NCBI GenBank assembly: GCA_963727315.1
Contig: CAVSFE010000002.1
Location: forward strand, 471,723-535,722
Direction: 5' to 3'
Source: an uncultured Chloroflexia bacterium
Lineage (GTDB): Bacteria > Chloroflexota > Dehalococcoidia > Dehalococcoidales > RBG-16-60-22
Length of the DNA: 64,000 bases
The notes under the pieces: model-generated
The model's database searches: none
Told to the model about the DNA's origin: nothing
The model's input: the letters and a program-made list of their open reading frames with translations, nothing else
Part shown: positions 53,699 to 64,000 of the stretch, in pieces
How the letters are laid out: the number at the start of each line of letters is the position of its first letter
Position numbering within the stretch: position 1 is the first letter of the stretch
Position numbers and translations under genes: made by a program

Positions 53699-54792
53699 GC
53701 TCTTTACCTATTATAGAACGTAAATAGGCATCGATAAAGCCGTCAAGCTCGCCGTCCAGCACGGCCTCGGTGCGGCCCGTCTCGTAGCCGGTGCGGTGGT
53801 CTTTGACCATGCGGTACGGATGGAGGACATAGCTCCGAATCTGGTTGCCCCAGCCGGCCTCTATCCTCTTACCCTTAAGCCGGGATTTCTCTTCTTCTCT
53901 CCTTTCCATTTCCCGCTCCAGGAGGCGCGCCCGCAGTATCTTAAAGGCAAACTCCTTGTTCATGTGCTGGGAACGCTCGCTCTGGCAGGACACGACAATG
54001 CCGCTCGGCAGGTGGGTCAACCTCACGGCGCTGCTCGTTTTTTGCATATGCTGGCCGCCCGGCCCGCTGGAGCGGAAAGTTTCCACTTTAACGTCATCAG
54101 CCGAGATAGTAAGGTCGATATTTTCCTCCGCTTCAGGCATGACTTCCACCAGGGCGAACGAGGTATGCCGGGCATGGTCGGCATCGAAGGGAGAGAGACG
54201 GACCAGTCGATGGACGCCGTGCTCCGACTTCAAATAGCCGAAAGCATACTCGCCGCTCACGGCGACGACCACGCTCTTAATACCAGCCTCGTCGCCCGGC
54301 GAGGTGTCCAGCACATCCGCCTGATAACCGCGGCGCTCCGCCCAGCGCAGGTACATCCGCATCAGCATCTGCGCCCAGTCCTGAGATTCGGTGCCGCCGG
54401 CGCCGGCGTGGATAGCCAGGATGGCGTTCCGGGCATCGTATTCGCCGCGGAGACTCAGCTGGAACTCAAGCTCGTCGAGCTGCGAGGCGATGGCGTCAAG
54501 CTCTTTGGCGATATCCTTTTGCATCGTTTCATCTCCGGCGGAAATCGTGATTAACTCAGCAATCTCGCACAGCTTTTGCTCGAGCCCCCGCCACCGCTGC
54601 ACGACCCGCGACTTTTCCGCCATCCGGCGCATGATGCCCTGGGCGCGGGCCTGGTCGGACCAGAAACCGGGCTGGGCGGACTGCTTCTCCAGCTCGGCGA
54701 CCTCTTTTTCTCTGCCGGCGATGTCAAAGATGCTCCAGGGTGGAGGAGACTCTGGTCTGCAAACCGGCTAACTTTTCACTTAATTCCTGCAT
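53691..54792 (-). CDS. prfB: peptide chain release factor 2, with programmed +1 frameshift
   Basis: ATG 54792, then 22 codons ending CTT TGA C (TGA at 54724-54726) with GGAG three nt upstream. The +1 frame continues DIAGREKEVAELE... into ORF 53691-54632, which contains SPF and GGQ (SGPGGQH). Confidence 0.93.
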
Positions 54793-54819
54793 CTGACTTC
54801 GCCCTTCCTTATAATGTAT

Positions 54820-55524
54820 TTAGCGGCCGGACCCGGCCAGCGCCGCACCCTTTTTATCGCTGAGAAATCCGCCGGCGGCCTGATGCGCGAGGCGGGCCGG
54901 CTCCGGGATGCGATAGCCCCGGCAGCACGTCAACGTCCAGCGTATCGCTTCGGATAAATTGATTTTATGACCGACGGACACGAAGACCGGCCTGACGCCC
55001 GAACGTGTGCGCACCACCGCGCCGATAACTTCGCCGTTATCTTTAAGCTCAGTAAAACTACCTTCTTCGGCTACCGGCTCTTCATACTCGCCGCAAAGCC
55101 TCGACTTGGCGCAGCCGATGGTGGGGACATCGAGGCACAGTCCCAGGTGTGAAGCCAGCCCGATACGCCGCGGGTGGGCGACGCCCTGCCCGTCCACGAT
55201 AAAGAGGTCGGGGATAACGCGGAGCTTTTCACAGGCGGCGAGAGTCAGGGGGGCTTCGCGGAAGGTCAAGAGGCCGGGTACATAAGGAAAATCAAGGCCC
55301 CCGGTAACGACCTGCACTTCAACAAGCTCAAAATCGGGGTAGCTCATGACGACCACCGCCGCGGTGCCTTTCTTCTCCCACCGGTTGACCGAGATATCGA
55401 CGCCGGCGATGAGGCGTGGAAGTGTCACCGCTCCTTGCCGCGATATGCGGGGCGCCAGCTCGGACTGTATCTCCCGCGCCCGGGCGGTGGTGACGCGCCA
55501 TTCGTGTAGGCTCACGATATCCAT
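54820..55524 (-). CDS. nfi: endonuclease V (deoxyinosine 3' endonuclease)
   Basis: 234 aa with AGVDIS...YVPGLLTFRE...DGQGVAHPRR.GLASHLG motifs. Confidence 0.88.
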   Translation of the reverse strand: MDIVSLHEWRVTTARAREIQSELAPRISRQGAVTLPRLIAGVDISVNRWEKKGTAAVVVMSYPDFELVEVQVVTGGLDFPYVPGLLTFREAPLTLAACEKLRVIPDLFIVDGQGVAHPRRIGLASHLGLCLDVPTIGCAKSRLCGEYEEPVAEEGSFTELKDNGEVIGAVVRTRSGVRPVFVSVGHKINLSEAIRWTLTCCRGYRIPEPARLAHQAAGGFLSDKKGAALAGSGR

Positions 55525-55669
55525 ATAATGATTATAAACGCAGTGGCGAAAGTTGGCAATGTGCGTGAACGCACAAAATTATTGTTATGTTAAGCAAATT
55601 AGATATAAAAAGCGGCCTAATTGTTAAAGAATAAAATTAATAATATCTTAAACATTTGGTTTTTTATTA

Positions 55670-55698
55670 TTGACAGGTACAGGGTAATAGTGCATAAT
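55670..55698 (+). promoter_or_regulatory. candidate sigma70-type promoter for rpsP
   Basis: TTGACA (55670-55675), 17-nt spacer, CATAAT (55693-55698), with an AT-rich UP-like region upstream. Confidence 0.5.
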
Positions 55699-55739
55699 AG
55701 GTGACGTATAGTTTTTAGGCGACTAGAAGGCAGGTATAA

Positions 55740-56009
55740 ATGCTGAGAATCAGACTACGGCGCACGGGGGCCAGGAAACACCCCAGCTATCGTGTGGTGA
55801 TCGCCGACAGCCGGTTCGCCCGGGACGGGGCATTCGTGGAGACAATCGGGAACTACGACCCCATGACGAACCCGGAGACGATAGTCATCAAAGAGGAGCG
55901 GGCACTGCACTGGCTAAGACAAGGCGCTCAACCGTCAGAAACCACTGCCAGACTACTAGGTAAGGCAGGTATTCTGGAAAAGTTCAAACCAGTCAAGGAG
56001 AAGCCATGA
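55740..56009 (+). CDS. rpsP: 30S ribosomal protein S16
   Basis: 89 aa. MLRIRLRRTGARKHPSYRVV is a typical S16 N-terminus. Confidence 0.95.
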   Translation: MLRIRLRRTGARKHPSYRVVIADSRFARDGAFVETIGNYDPMTNPETIVIKEERALHWLRQGAQPSETTARLLGKAGILEKFKPVKEKP

Positions 56010-56233
56010 AAGACCTAGTACTGTACATCGCCAAGTCCATCGTCAACGAACCAGATGCCGTAAATGTGGAAGAAGAAACCAACGAGGAGGGCATCACGCT
56101 GAAGCTGCGCGTCGCCGATGATGACAAGGGAAGAATCATCGGCAAACAGGGGCAGATAGCGCAGGCCATGCGCACCCTGCTGAGGGTGAAAGCCGCCAAA
56201 GCCCAGACCAGAGTCAGACTCGAAATATTGTAA
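56006..56233 (+). CDS. KH-domain RNA-binding protein (YlqC/UPF0109)
   Basis: 75 aa with GRIIGKQG (GxxG KH motif). Conserved position after rpsP. Confidence 0.88.
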   Translation: MKDLVLYIAKSIVNEPDAVNVEEETNEEGITLKLRVADDDKGRIIGKQGQIAQAMRTLLRVKAAKAQTRVRLEIL

Positions 56234-56334
56234 TCCAACTCTCGAAGAAACTTACGCAGGGGGACATGGGGAGGGGTTAAACTGTGCCACTTAATCGGGA
56301 GGCATAGTAGATAAATCACAATCTATAGAAACAC

Positions 56335-56368
56335 AAAAGCCGCTGAGATTTTCGGCGGCTTTTAGTTT
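56335..56368. terminator. hairpin between convergent KH-protein gene and atpC (likely bidirectional terminator)
   Basis: AAAAGCCGC...GCGGCTTTT stem flanked by A/T runs on both sides. Confidence 0.6.
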
Positions 56369-56374
56369 TGCTTG

Positions 56375-58194
<1,820 letters not shown>

Positions 58195-58212
58195 AGAGAC
58201 CTCACAAACAAT

Positions 58213-59067
58213 TTATTCTAACGCCACTACGCCTCCGATAATATCCAGGAGGTCGCGGGTGATGGCCTCCTGCCGGGCTTTATTATACAAAAGCGTTAAA
58301 TCGCCGATAAGCTCATTGGCGCTGTCGGTGGCGTTGCGCATCGCCACCATACGGGCGGACTGCTCGCTGGCGATGGACTCCAGAATAGCGTGATAGATTT
58401 CCATCTCCACGAAGCGCGGCAGCAGACCACCCAGCACCGACGTAGCGCCGGGCTCGTAAATATAGTCGACGTTTTCGGCGCGGGGTATCTTCGCCGGATG
58501 GACGGGCAGAAGCTGCTTCATGGCCGGCTTCTGCACCATCGTCGAAACAAACTGGGCGTAAGATATATAGACATCGTCGATTTTACCGGCGGTGTACTCT
58601 TCGATAACAATACGGGAAATGGGGAGGATATCCAGGAAGCGGGGCTGGTCGCCGAGGCCGATGAACTCGGCACACATCGAGCAACTGGCGCGGGTAACGA
58701 ACTCCCTGCCCTTGCGCCCGACGGCGACCACTTCGACGGGGACTTTCTGCTCGAGGATAAAGCCGGCCAGACGCCGATTAAGGTTAGCGTTGAGTCCGCC
58801 GCAGAGTCCGCGGTCGGGGGTGATATGGACCACGGCGATTTTCTTAACAGGGCGGCGCTGCAAGAGCGGGTGCTGCAGGCCGATATCCGGCAGGGCGGCC
58901 AGGGCGGCGATGACCTGCTCGATTTTTTGCGAGTAAGGCCGTCCCTGCAAACCGCGCTCCTGGGCCTTGCGCATCTTGGAAGCGGCGATCATCTCCATGG
59001 CGCGGGTAATCTTGGAGATATTACGGACGCCCCTGATGCGGCGGCGGACTTTACGAATATCAGGCAT
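58213..59067 (-). CDS. atpG: F1 ATP synthase subunit gamma
   Basis: 284 aa. N-terminal IRRRIRGVRNISKITRAMEMIAASKMRKAQ and C-terminal ITRDLLDIIGG. Confidence 0.93.
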   Translation of the reverse strand: MPDIRKVRRRIRGVRNISKITRAMEMIAASKMRKAQERGLQGRPYSQKIEQVIAALAALPDIGLQHPLLQRRPVKKIAVVHITPDRGLCGGLNANLNRRLAGFILEQKVPVEVVAVGRKGREFVTRASCSMCAEFIGLGDQPRFLDILPISRIVIEEYTAGKIDDVYISYAQFVSTMVQKPAMKQLLPVHPAKIPRAENVDYIYEPGATSVLGGLLPRFVEMEIYHAILESIASEQSARMVAMRNATDSANELIGDLTLLYNKARQEAITRDLLDIIGGVVALE

Positions 59068-59070
59068 GGG

Positions 59071-59430
59071 TTACTTCTTCCCCTTCTTGATAGCGTCTAA
59101 AGTCTTTTTAGCGTCTGTATAATGTTTGAAAATTATCTCTAGTTTGGTACACGGGTAGTCGATACAGTACCCGCAGTTTTCCAAGCCTTTGGCCATACCG
59201 CACAGGCGTATCTCACAAACGGCGCAATGACCTATTTGAACACCACTGGAACTGCAGCCGGTACAGTTAACATCAGAGGCTTTCATAACGGGGATATTGT
59301 ACTGCTTGGCCCACTTTTCCGCCTGCGCCCGGCGCAATTTATCATCGTTCTTAATGGTGGCAATATATGCTCCGCAGTCCGAGCAGGCGACGCCACAATA
59401 GGCAATAACTTTTTCAGTTGCTTTAGCCAT
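59071..59430 (-). CDS. DUF3795-like Cys-rich protein embedded in the atp operon
   Basis: 119 aa with YCGVACSDCGAY, CTGC, CAVCEIRLC and CGYCIDYPC motifs. Lies between atpA and atpG with 3-9 nt gaps. Confidence 0.6.
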   Translation of the reverse strand: MAKATEKVIAYCGVACSDCGAYIATIKNDDKLRRAQAEKWAKQYNIPVMKASDVNCTGCSSSGVQIGHCAVCEIRLCGMAKGLENCGYCIDYPCTKLEIIFKHYTDAKKTLDAIKKGKK

Positions 59431-59439
59431 ATTACTCCC

Positions 59440-60951
59440 CTATTTTACAAACCCCTGCTTGAACTCGGGGACGGCTTTCTTTAAAGTGTCCTCATCCTCT
59501 TTGCTCAGGTCTTTGGTCGAGGTGATGTTCTTTGCCAAATCGGCGTAGCTGGACTCCATAAAGCGATAGAAATCCGTTTCAAAAGCGGCGATTTTCTCCA
59601 CCGGGATATCGTCCAGGTAGCCGTTGATAACGGCATAGAGAATCATGACCTGTCGTTCCAGAGAGACCGGCACGAACTGCGCCTGCTTCAGCACCTCCTG
59701 GATACGCAGGCCGCGCTCGAGCTGAGAGCGGGTGGCTTTATCCAGCTCGGCGGTGCCGAATTGGGCGAAAGCCGCCACCTCGCGATACTGGCCCATATCC
59801 AGCTTGAGTCGGCCGGCGACTTTTTTCATGGCGGAAGTCTGCGCCTTACTGCCCACGCGGGACACCGAGATGCCCACGTTAAGGGCGGGCTTGATGCCGG
59901 CGTTAAAGAGGTCCGTCTCCAGGTAAAGCTGGCCGTCGGTAATCGAAATAACGTTGGTGGGGATATAGGCGGAGACGTCGCCGGCCTGCGTCTCAATGAT
60001 GGGCAGGGCCGTCAGCGAGCCGCCGCCGTACTCTTTAGCGTACTTGGCCGCCCTCTCCAGGAGGCGGCTGTGCAGGTAAAAAACATCGCCGGGATAGGCC
60101 TCGCGGCCGGGAGGCCGGCGCAACAACAGCGAAAGCTGGCGGTACGCCCAGGCGTGCTTGGAGAGGTCATCGTAAATAATCAAAACGTCTTTCCCCTGCT
60201 CCATGAACTCCTCGCCCATAGCGCAGCCGGCATAGGGCGCCAGATACTGCAAAGCCACGGAGTCCGAAGCGGAAGCGGTCACCACGATGGTATGTTCCAT
60301 GGCGCCGTAGCTCGCCAGGATGGACACAACGCGCACCACCTGGGATATCTTCTGGCCGACGGCGACGTAAATGCAGATGAGGTCGCCGCCTTTCTGGTTG
60401 ACGATAGAGTCCAGGGCAATGGCCGTCTTGCCGGTGGACCGGTCGCCGATGATGAGCTCGCGCTGTCCCCGGCCGATGGGGAACATGCTGTCCACCGCCT
60501 TGATGCCGGTCTGCACGGGGGTATCGACCGGGGCGCGCAGGACGACGTTGGGCGCGACGCGCTCGATGGGGCGGGTCCTGTCCGTTCTGACGGCACCCTT
60601 ACCGTCCAGAGGGCGCCCGAGGGGGTCGACGACGCGCCCGATAAGCGCTTCGCCCACGGGGACCTCGGCGATACGGCCGGTGCATTTGACCTCGTCGCCT
60701 TCTTTAACGCTGGTATAATCGCCCAGGACGACGGCGGAGACACTGTCCTCCTCCAAGTTCAAGGCGATGCCGATAATATCATTGGGGAACTGGAGCAACT
60801 CATTGTATTTGGCCGAAGCCAGTCCGTGAATCCGGGCAATGCCGTCGCCGACCTCAATGACGGTGCCGACATCCACCATGGTCACGGCCGCGCCGAACTG
60901 CTCTATTTGCTGTTTAATGATGGAGACTATGTCTTCGCCTCGCGTAGCCAT
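59440..60951 (-). CDS. atpA: F1 ATP synthase subunit alpha
   Basis: 503 aa with Walker A GDRSTGKT and typical alpha N- and C-termini. Confidence 0.95.
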   Translation of the reverse strand: MATRGEDIVSIIKQQIEQFGAAVTMVDVGTVIEVGDGIARIHGLASAKYNELLQFPNDIIGIALNLEEDSVSAVVLGDYTSVKEGDEVKCTGRIAEVPVGEALIGRVVDPLGRPLDGKGAVRTDRTRPIERVAPNVVLRAPVDTPVQTGIKAVDSMFPIGRGQRELIIGDRSTGKTAIALDSIVNQKGGDLICIYVAVGQKISQVVRVVSILASYGAMEHTIVVTASASDSVALQYLAPYAGCAMGEEFMEQGKDVLIIYDDLSKHAWAYRQLSLLLRRPPGREAYPGDVFYLHSRLLERAAKYAKEYGGGSLTALPIIETQAGDVSAYIPTNVISITDGQLYLETDLFNAGIKPALNVGISVSRVGSKAQTSAMKKVAGRLKLDMGQYREVAAFAQFGTAELDKATRSQLERGLRIQEVLKQAQFVPVSLERQVMILYAVINGYLDDIPVEKIAAFETDFYRFMESSYADLAKNITSTKDLSKEDEDTLKKAVPEFKQGFVK

Positions 60952-60994
60952 AATTATATCCTCCCCGGATTATTTGCCAGTTACCAGTTTTTAG

Positions 60995-61537
60995 TTACCC
61001 CACCTGACCCCCGCTAACGAGCTCTTTTTTCAAAGCCATAAGCTTGCTGCGAGTGGAACCGTCCAGGAGCTTGCCGCCGACCCTGGCGACAATACCACCG
61101 ATAATTTCGGGCGCGACCTCCGCTTGCAGCACTACTTTTTTATCTATCATCGCGCCAATTTCCTTCGCCAGCTTCTCTTTATCCTTTTTATCGAGGGGGA
61201 CGGCGGTAATGACCGCGGCGGTCTGGATGCCATGGTACTCGTCCAGCATGCGCCGGTACTCGGCGGCGATTTCAGGCAGAATATTAACCCCGCCCCTGGC
61301 AATCAAAAGCCTGACCAAGTTCAAAACCAGGGGGTCGATGCCGCCGAGCCGAGCGAGCAGCCGGGACTTTTCCTCGAACTTGATTTTCGGGCTTTCCAGC
61401 ACCGCCAGAAACGCCTCGTCACCGACAGCGGCGACGATTTCATCGAGGTCGGACCGCCATTTTTCCAGTCCCTTTTCCTCCAGCGCTATCTCAAAGACCG
61501 CCTGGGCATAGCGCCGGGCGTTAAATTTTCTAGGCAT
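60995..61537 (-). CDS. atpH: F1 ATP synthase subunit delta (OSCP)
   Basis: 180 aa. ARRYAQAVFEIA start and operon position. Confidence 0.88.
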   Translation of the reverse strand: MPRKFNARRYAQAVFEIALEEKGLEKWRSDLDEIVAAVGDEAFLAVLESPKIKFEEKSRLLARLGGIDPLVLNLVRLLIARGGVNILPEIAAEYRRMLDEYHGIQTAAVITAVPLDKKDKEKLAKEIGAMIDKKVVLQAEVAPEIIGGIVARVGGKLLDGSTRSKLMALKKELVSGGQVG

Positions 61538-61540
61538 AGA

Positions 61541-62053
61541 TCACTCTTTTTTCTTCAAGGCGGAGCTTTCTTCCAGCACCTTCTCGATAAGCTCGCGGTG
61601 CTCTTCCTTATCCAGAGACTTTTCGATGACCTTGCCCGCCGCCAGTACCGTTAAATCGGCGAACTCGCGGCGCACCTCGCCGATAGCCTCATCGCGCTCC
61701 TGCTGAATCTCGGAACGCGCCCGGTTGAGGAGGGCTTCGGTCTCCTTTTTTGCATCCGCCTGCGCCTTCTGCTTAACGTCCTCGCCGGCTTTCACCGCGC
61801 GGGCGATGCGCTCCTGCCCCTCGCGGCTGGCCTGCTCGAGCTCTTTCTTTATCTCTTCCTGAGTGCTGGCCGACTGCCTTTTAATATCTTCCGCCTGTTC
61901 CATGCTCTCCTTGATACGCCGCGAACGCTCGTCGAGCATGCGCATCAGCGGCTTGTAGGCGACAAAGCGCAGGAGCACCAGCAGGATGATGACCGTGATG
62001 ACCTGCGTTATCAGCACCGACCAATTAATGCCAAGTTCAGATATACCGCCCAT
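61541..62053 (-). CDS. atpF: Fo ATP synthase subunit b
   Basis: 170 aa. Single N-terminal TM plus a long charged helix. Operon position. Confidence 0.88.
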   Translation of the reverse strand: MGGISELGINWSVLITQVITVIILLVLLRFVAYKPLMRMLDERSRRIKESMEQAEDIKRQSASTQEEIKKELEQASREGQERIARAVKAGEDVKQKAQADAKKETEALLNRARSEIQQERDEAIGEVRREFADLTVLAAGKVIEKSLDKEEHRELIEKVLEESSALKKKE

Positions 62054-62094
62054 ATTGACCCCCTGGACCGAAGATACTTATATCCGTCGTCCGG

Positions 62095-62202
62095 CTACAT
62101 CGTCAGAATGGCGTGCAACAATATGCCGGCAAAGATGATGACGGCCGCAATTACCGCGCCGACAATAATCGATATGAAATTGGGTAACCCTTCATTATCC
62201 AT
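62095..62202 (-). CDS. 35-aa single-TM micro-ORF between atpE and atpF (hypothetical)
   Basis: The sequence is MDNEGLPNFISIIVGAVIAAVIIFAGILLHAILTM*. A GGGGG SD lies 4 nt upstream of the ATG. Below the ORF-track size cutoff and translated by hand. Confidence 0.35.
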   Translation of the reverse strand: MDNEGLPNFISIIVGAVIAAVIIFAGILLHAILTM

Positions 62203-62244
62203 ATTGCCCCCGATAAATTTTCATTTTCCGCGAAGTGCCATGAC

Positions 62245-62475
62245 CTAGAACACGAAACCGAGCAATATCGCCACCACCAGGGCGTAAATAGCGATGGCTT
62301 CCGCCATGGCGATGGCCAGCAGCATGTTCGTGAATATAGGGCCCCTCGCCTCCGGGTTGCGCGCCAGACCCTGCATCGCGCCGTAGCCCAGGATACCGAT
62401 GCCCAGCCCGGGCCCGAGCGCCCCCAGCCCCATGACCAGACCGATAGCCAGAAATTTAACTGCCTGTGGATCCAT
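62245..62475 (-). CDS. atpE: Fo ATP synthase subunit c
   Basis: 76 aa hairpin protein with the RNPE loop and the ion-binding Glu in MAEAIAIYALV. Confidence 0.93.
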   Translation of the reverse strand: MDPQAVKFLAIGLVMGLGALGPGLGIGILGYGAMQGLARNPEARGPIFTNMLLAIAMAEAIAIYALVVAILLGFVF

Positions 62476-62512
62476 ACATTCCCTCCTTCAGTAACAAATA
62501 TAGATTTACGTA

Positions 62513-63481
62513 TTAAGAATGAGATCCCTCTTCATGAGAAGTGACCGCCATGGTGGCGAACACCAGCGTGAGAATACTGAACACCAGAGCCTGGACAAGG
62601 CCGACCAGCACCTCAAAGCCATATATCGCGAAATTGATACCCACCAAAGGAATCAGGAAAGCGCCGATAATCACCAGAATCTCGCCGGCGGTCATGTTGC
62701 CGAAAAGACGGAAGGTAAAACTGATGAGACGGATCAACATGCTCAGGAACTCCAGCCCACCGACGAAGATATTAACGGCGCCGGAGAAGACGTCCATGAC
62801 TTTGAATTTGCCCTTAAAAATCCCGCCGACACTCCGGAAAAACGGGCCGAAATTGAAGTACTGCTTGAGCCAGCCCGTGCCGAGGGATTTCAGGCCGAAA
62901 TAAGTCACAAAAATGAAAGAGACGATAGCTAAAGCCAGCGGGGTATTCAAGTCGGTATTGGCGCCCCTTAAAAGCTCGTGGCCATTAACTTCTACGGAGC
63001 CGTACCCGGGTATCAGCGAGAGCCAGGCGTTAAACGCCACAAAGAGGAAAATGGTACAAACGACCGGGAAAAACCGGCGGCCGTTTTTCTCACCGGCAAC
63101 GCTGACGCAGAGGTCGTAAACCCAGCCGAGGGCGAACTCAAAGACGGCCTGGACGGGGCGGGGGACCAGCTTCATACGGCGGGTTATCAGCCAGCTTACC
63201 AGCACCAGGAACACAACCGTAATCCAGCCGGCGAGCATGGTATTGGTGATGTTGAAGCCACCGATACTGAAGACGGCCGGGGCGGCGAGATGGATGGCCG
63301 GCTTCTCGGAAACAAGCCAACTCGGCAGACTAATGGTAATGCCGAAACGCGCCAGCAGTCCCTGCCCTATCGGCCCCGATAACAGGCCAAGGATGAGTAT
63401 GCCAAAGATAATAACGCCGATAACGACTAAAAGAGGAAAAGAACAGCCGAGGCAGCCGCGCCTTTTCTCCGACCCGGCCAC
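62513..63481 (-). CDS. atpB: Fo ATP synthase subunit a
   Basis: 322 aa with the conserved Arg in LRLFGNMTAGE. Confidence 0.92.
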   Translation of the reverse strand: MAGSEKRRGCLGCSFPLLVVIGVIIFGILILGLLSGPIGQGLLARFGITISLPSWLVSEKPAIHLAAPAVFSIGGFNITNTMLAGWITVVFLVLVSWLITRRMKLVPRPVQAVFEFALGWVYDLCVSVAGEKNGRRFFPVVCTIFLFVAFNAWLSLIPGYGSVEVNGHELLRGANTDLNTPLALAIVSFIFVTYFGLKSLGTGWLKQYFNFGPFFRSVGGIFKGKFKVMDVFSGAVNIFVGGLEFLSMLIRLISFTFRLFGNMTAGEILVIIGAFLIPLVGINFAIYGFEVLVGLVQALVFSILTLVFATMAVTSHEEGSHS

Positions 63482-63696
63482 TAGCCGTTCTCCTTATCAT
63501 CGTTGGCTTTTATGAGAGGTCGAATCATGCGATAAGCACCGTAAACAGCCAGGACCAGCCCCGCCAGCAGGCCGATAATCAGGTAAAGCGGTCTTTTACC
63601 GCCGAGCCACCAGCCGGCGAAGCTCCCCCCCACAATGCAGGCGGCGATATAAAAGCCAATACCGGTAACCTGCAGGGCCGGTATCCATTTATTCAT
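63481..63696 (-). CDS. AtpZ/AtpI-like small membrane protein
   Basis: Two-TM protein at the head of the atp operon. ATG 63696 (MNKWIP...) is preferred over the upstream start at 63726. Confidence 0.65.
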   Translation of the reverse strand: MNKWIPALQVTGIGFYIAACIVGGSFAGWWLGGKRPLYLIIGLLAGLVLAVYGAYRMIRPLIKANDDKENG

Positions 63697-63810
63697 GCCG
63701 ACCTCGCTGCACCCAACCCTGAGCATAATAGCAGAATGCGCTAATGCAGGTCAAGTTAAATAAGTTGCAGGATATAGTACTTCGGATAGAGGAGATATTA
63801 TGTGACACCT

Positions 63811-63990
63811 CGCCCCTGCCCCTCTCCAGCCTGACACAGAGTTATAGACCCAGGTTTATTCTGGCTGGAGAGGGGATTTCAGGAGAGAGAGGGCAAGTCC
63901 CTCTCATATGTTTTCCCCCTCAAACAAATGAAAAAGCGGGTAAGATAAACAAACCTGTTTGAGGGGGATAAAGGGGGTGCATGACTAAAT
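63811..63990. repeat. REP-like hairpin cluster upstream of the atp operon
   Basis: Hairpins: CCTCTCCAGCC...GGCTGGAGAGG, GAGAGAGGGCAAGTCCCTCTC, and CCCCCTCAAACA...TGTTTGAGGGGG. Confidence 0.7.
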
Positions 63991-64000
63991 ACAGAGGATA

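Overview
GC-rich, densely coding bacterial chromosomal window. Most genes are housekeeping: ligA 3' end, pth, eno, gap, dnaX-ybaB-recR, serS, lysS, recO, prfB with its classical +1 programmed frameshift, nfi, rpsP, tRNA-Ser and a complete F1Fo ATP synthase operon. There are also transporters and a ~16 kb block of CoA-transferase, thiolase, TPP-enzyme and dehydrogenase genes. The stand-out region is 6.4-12.0 kb. Two paralogous tubulin/FtsZ-superfamily GTPases with tubulin-type signatures (CetZ-like by eye) bracket genes for a 756-aa protein built on a strict 25-residue helical repeat and a 162-aa hendecad-repeat protein. This is a candidate undescribed bacterial cytoskeletal module, preceded by an AT-rich tandem-iteron array. 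Intergenic regions carry several REP/MITE-like hairpin repeat families, including one exact 60-bp inverted pair 12 kb apart. About 15 genes, several of them essential, are interrupted by single-base indels (mostly at short homopolymers) and one in-frame TAG. That pattern looks more like assembly error than biology. All family calls are by-eye motif recognition; no searches were run. Taxonomy (perhaps Chloroflexota-like) is only a guess from gene content.
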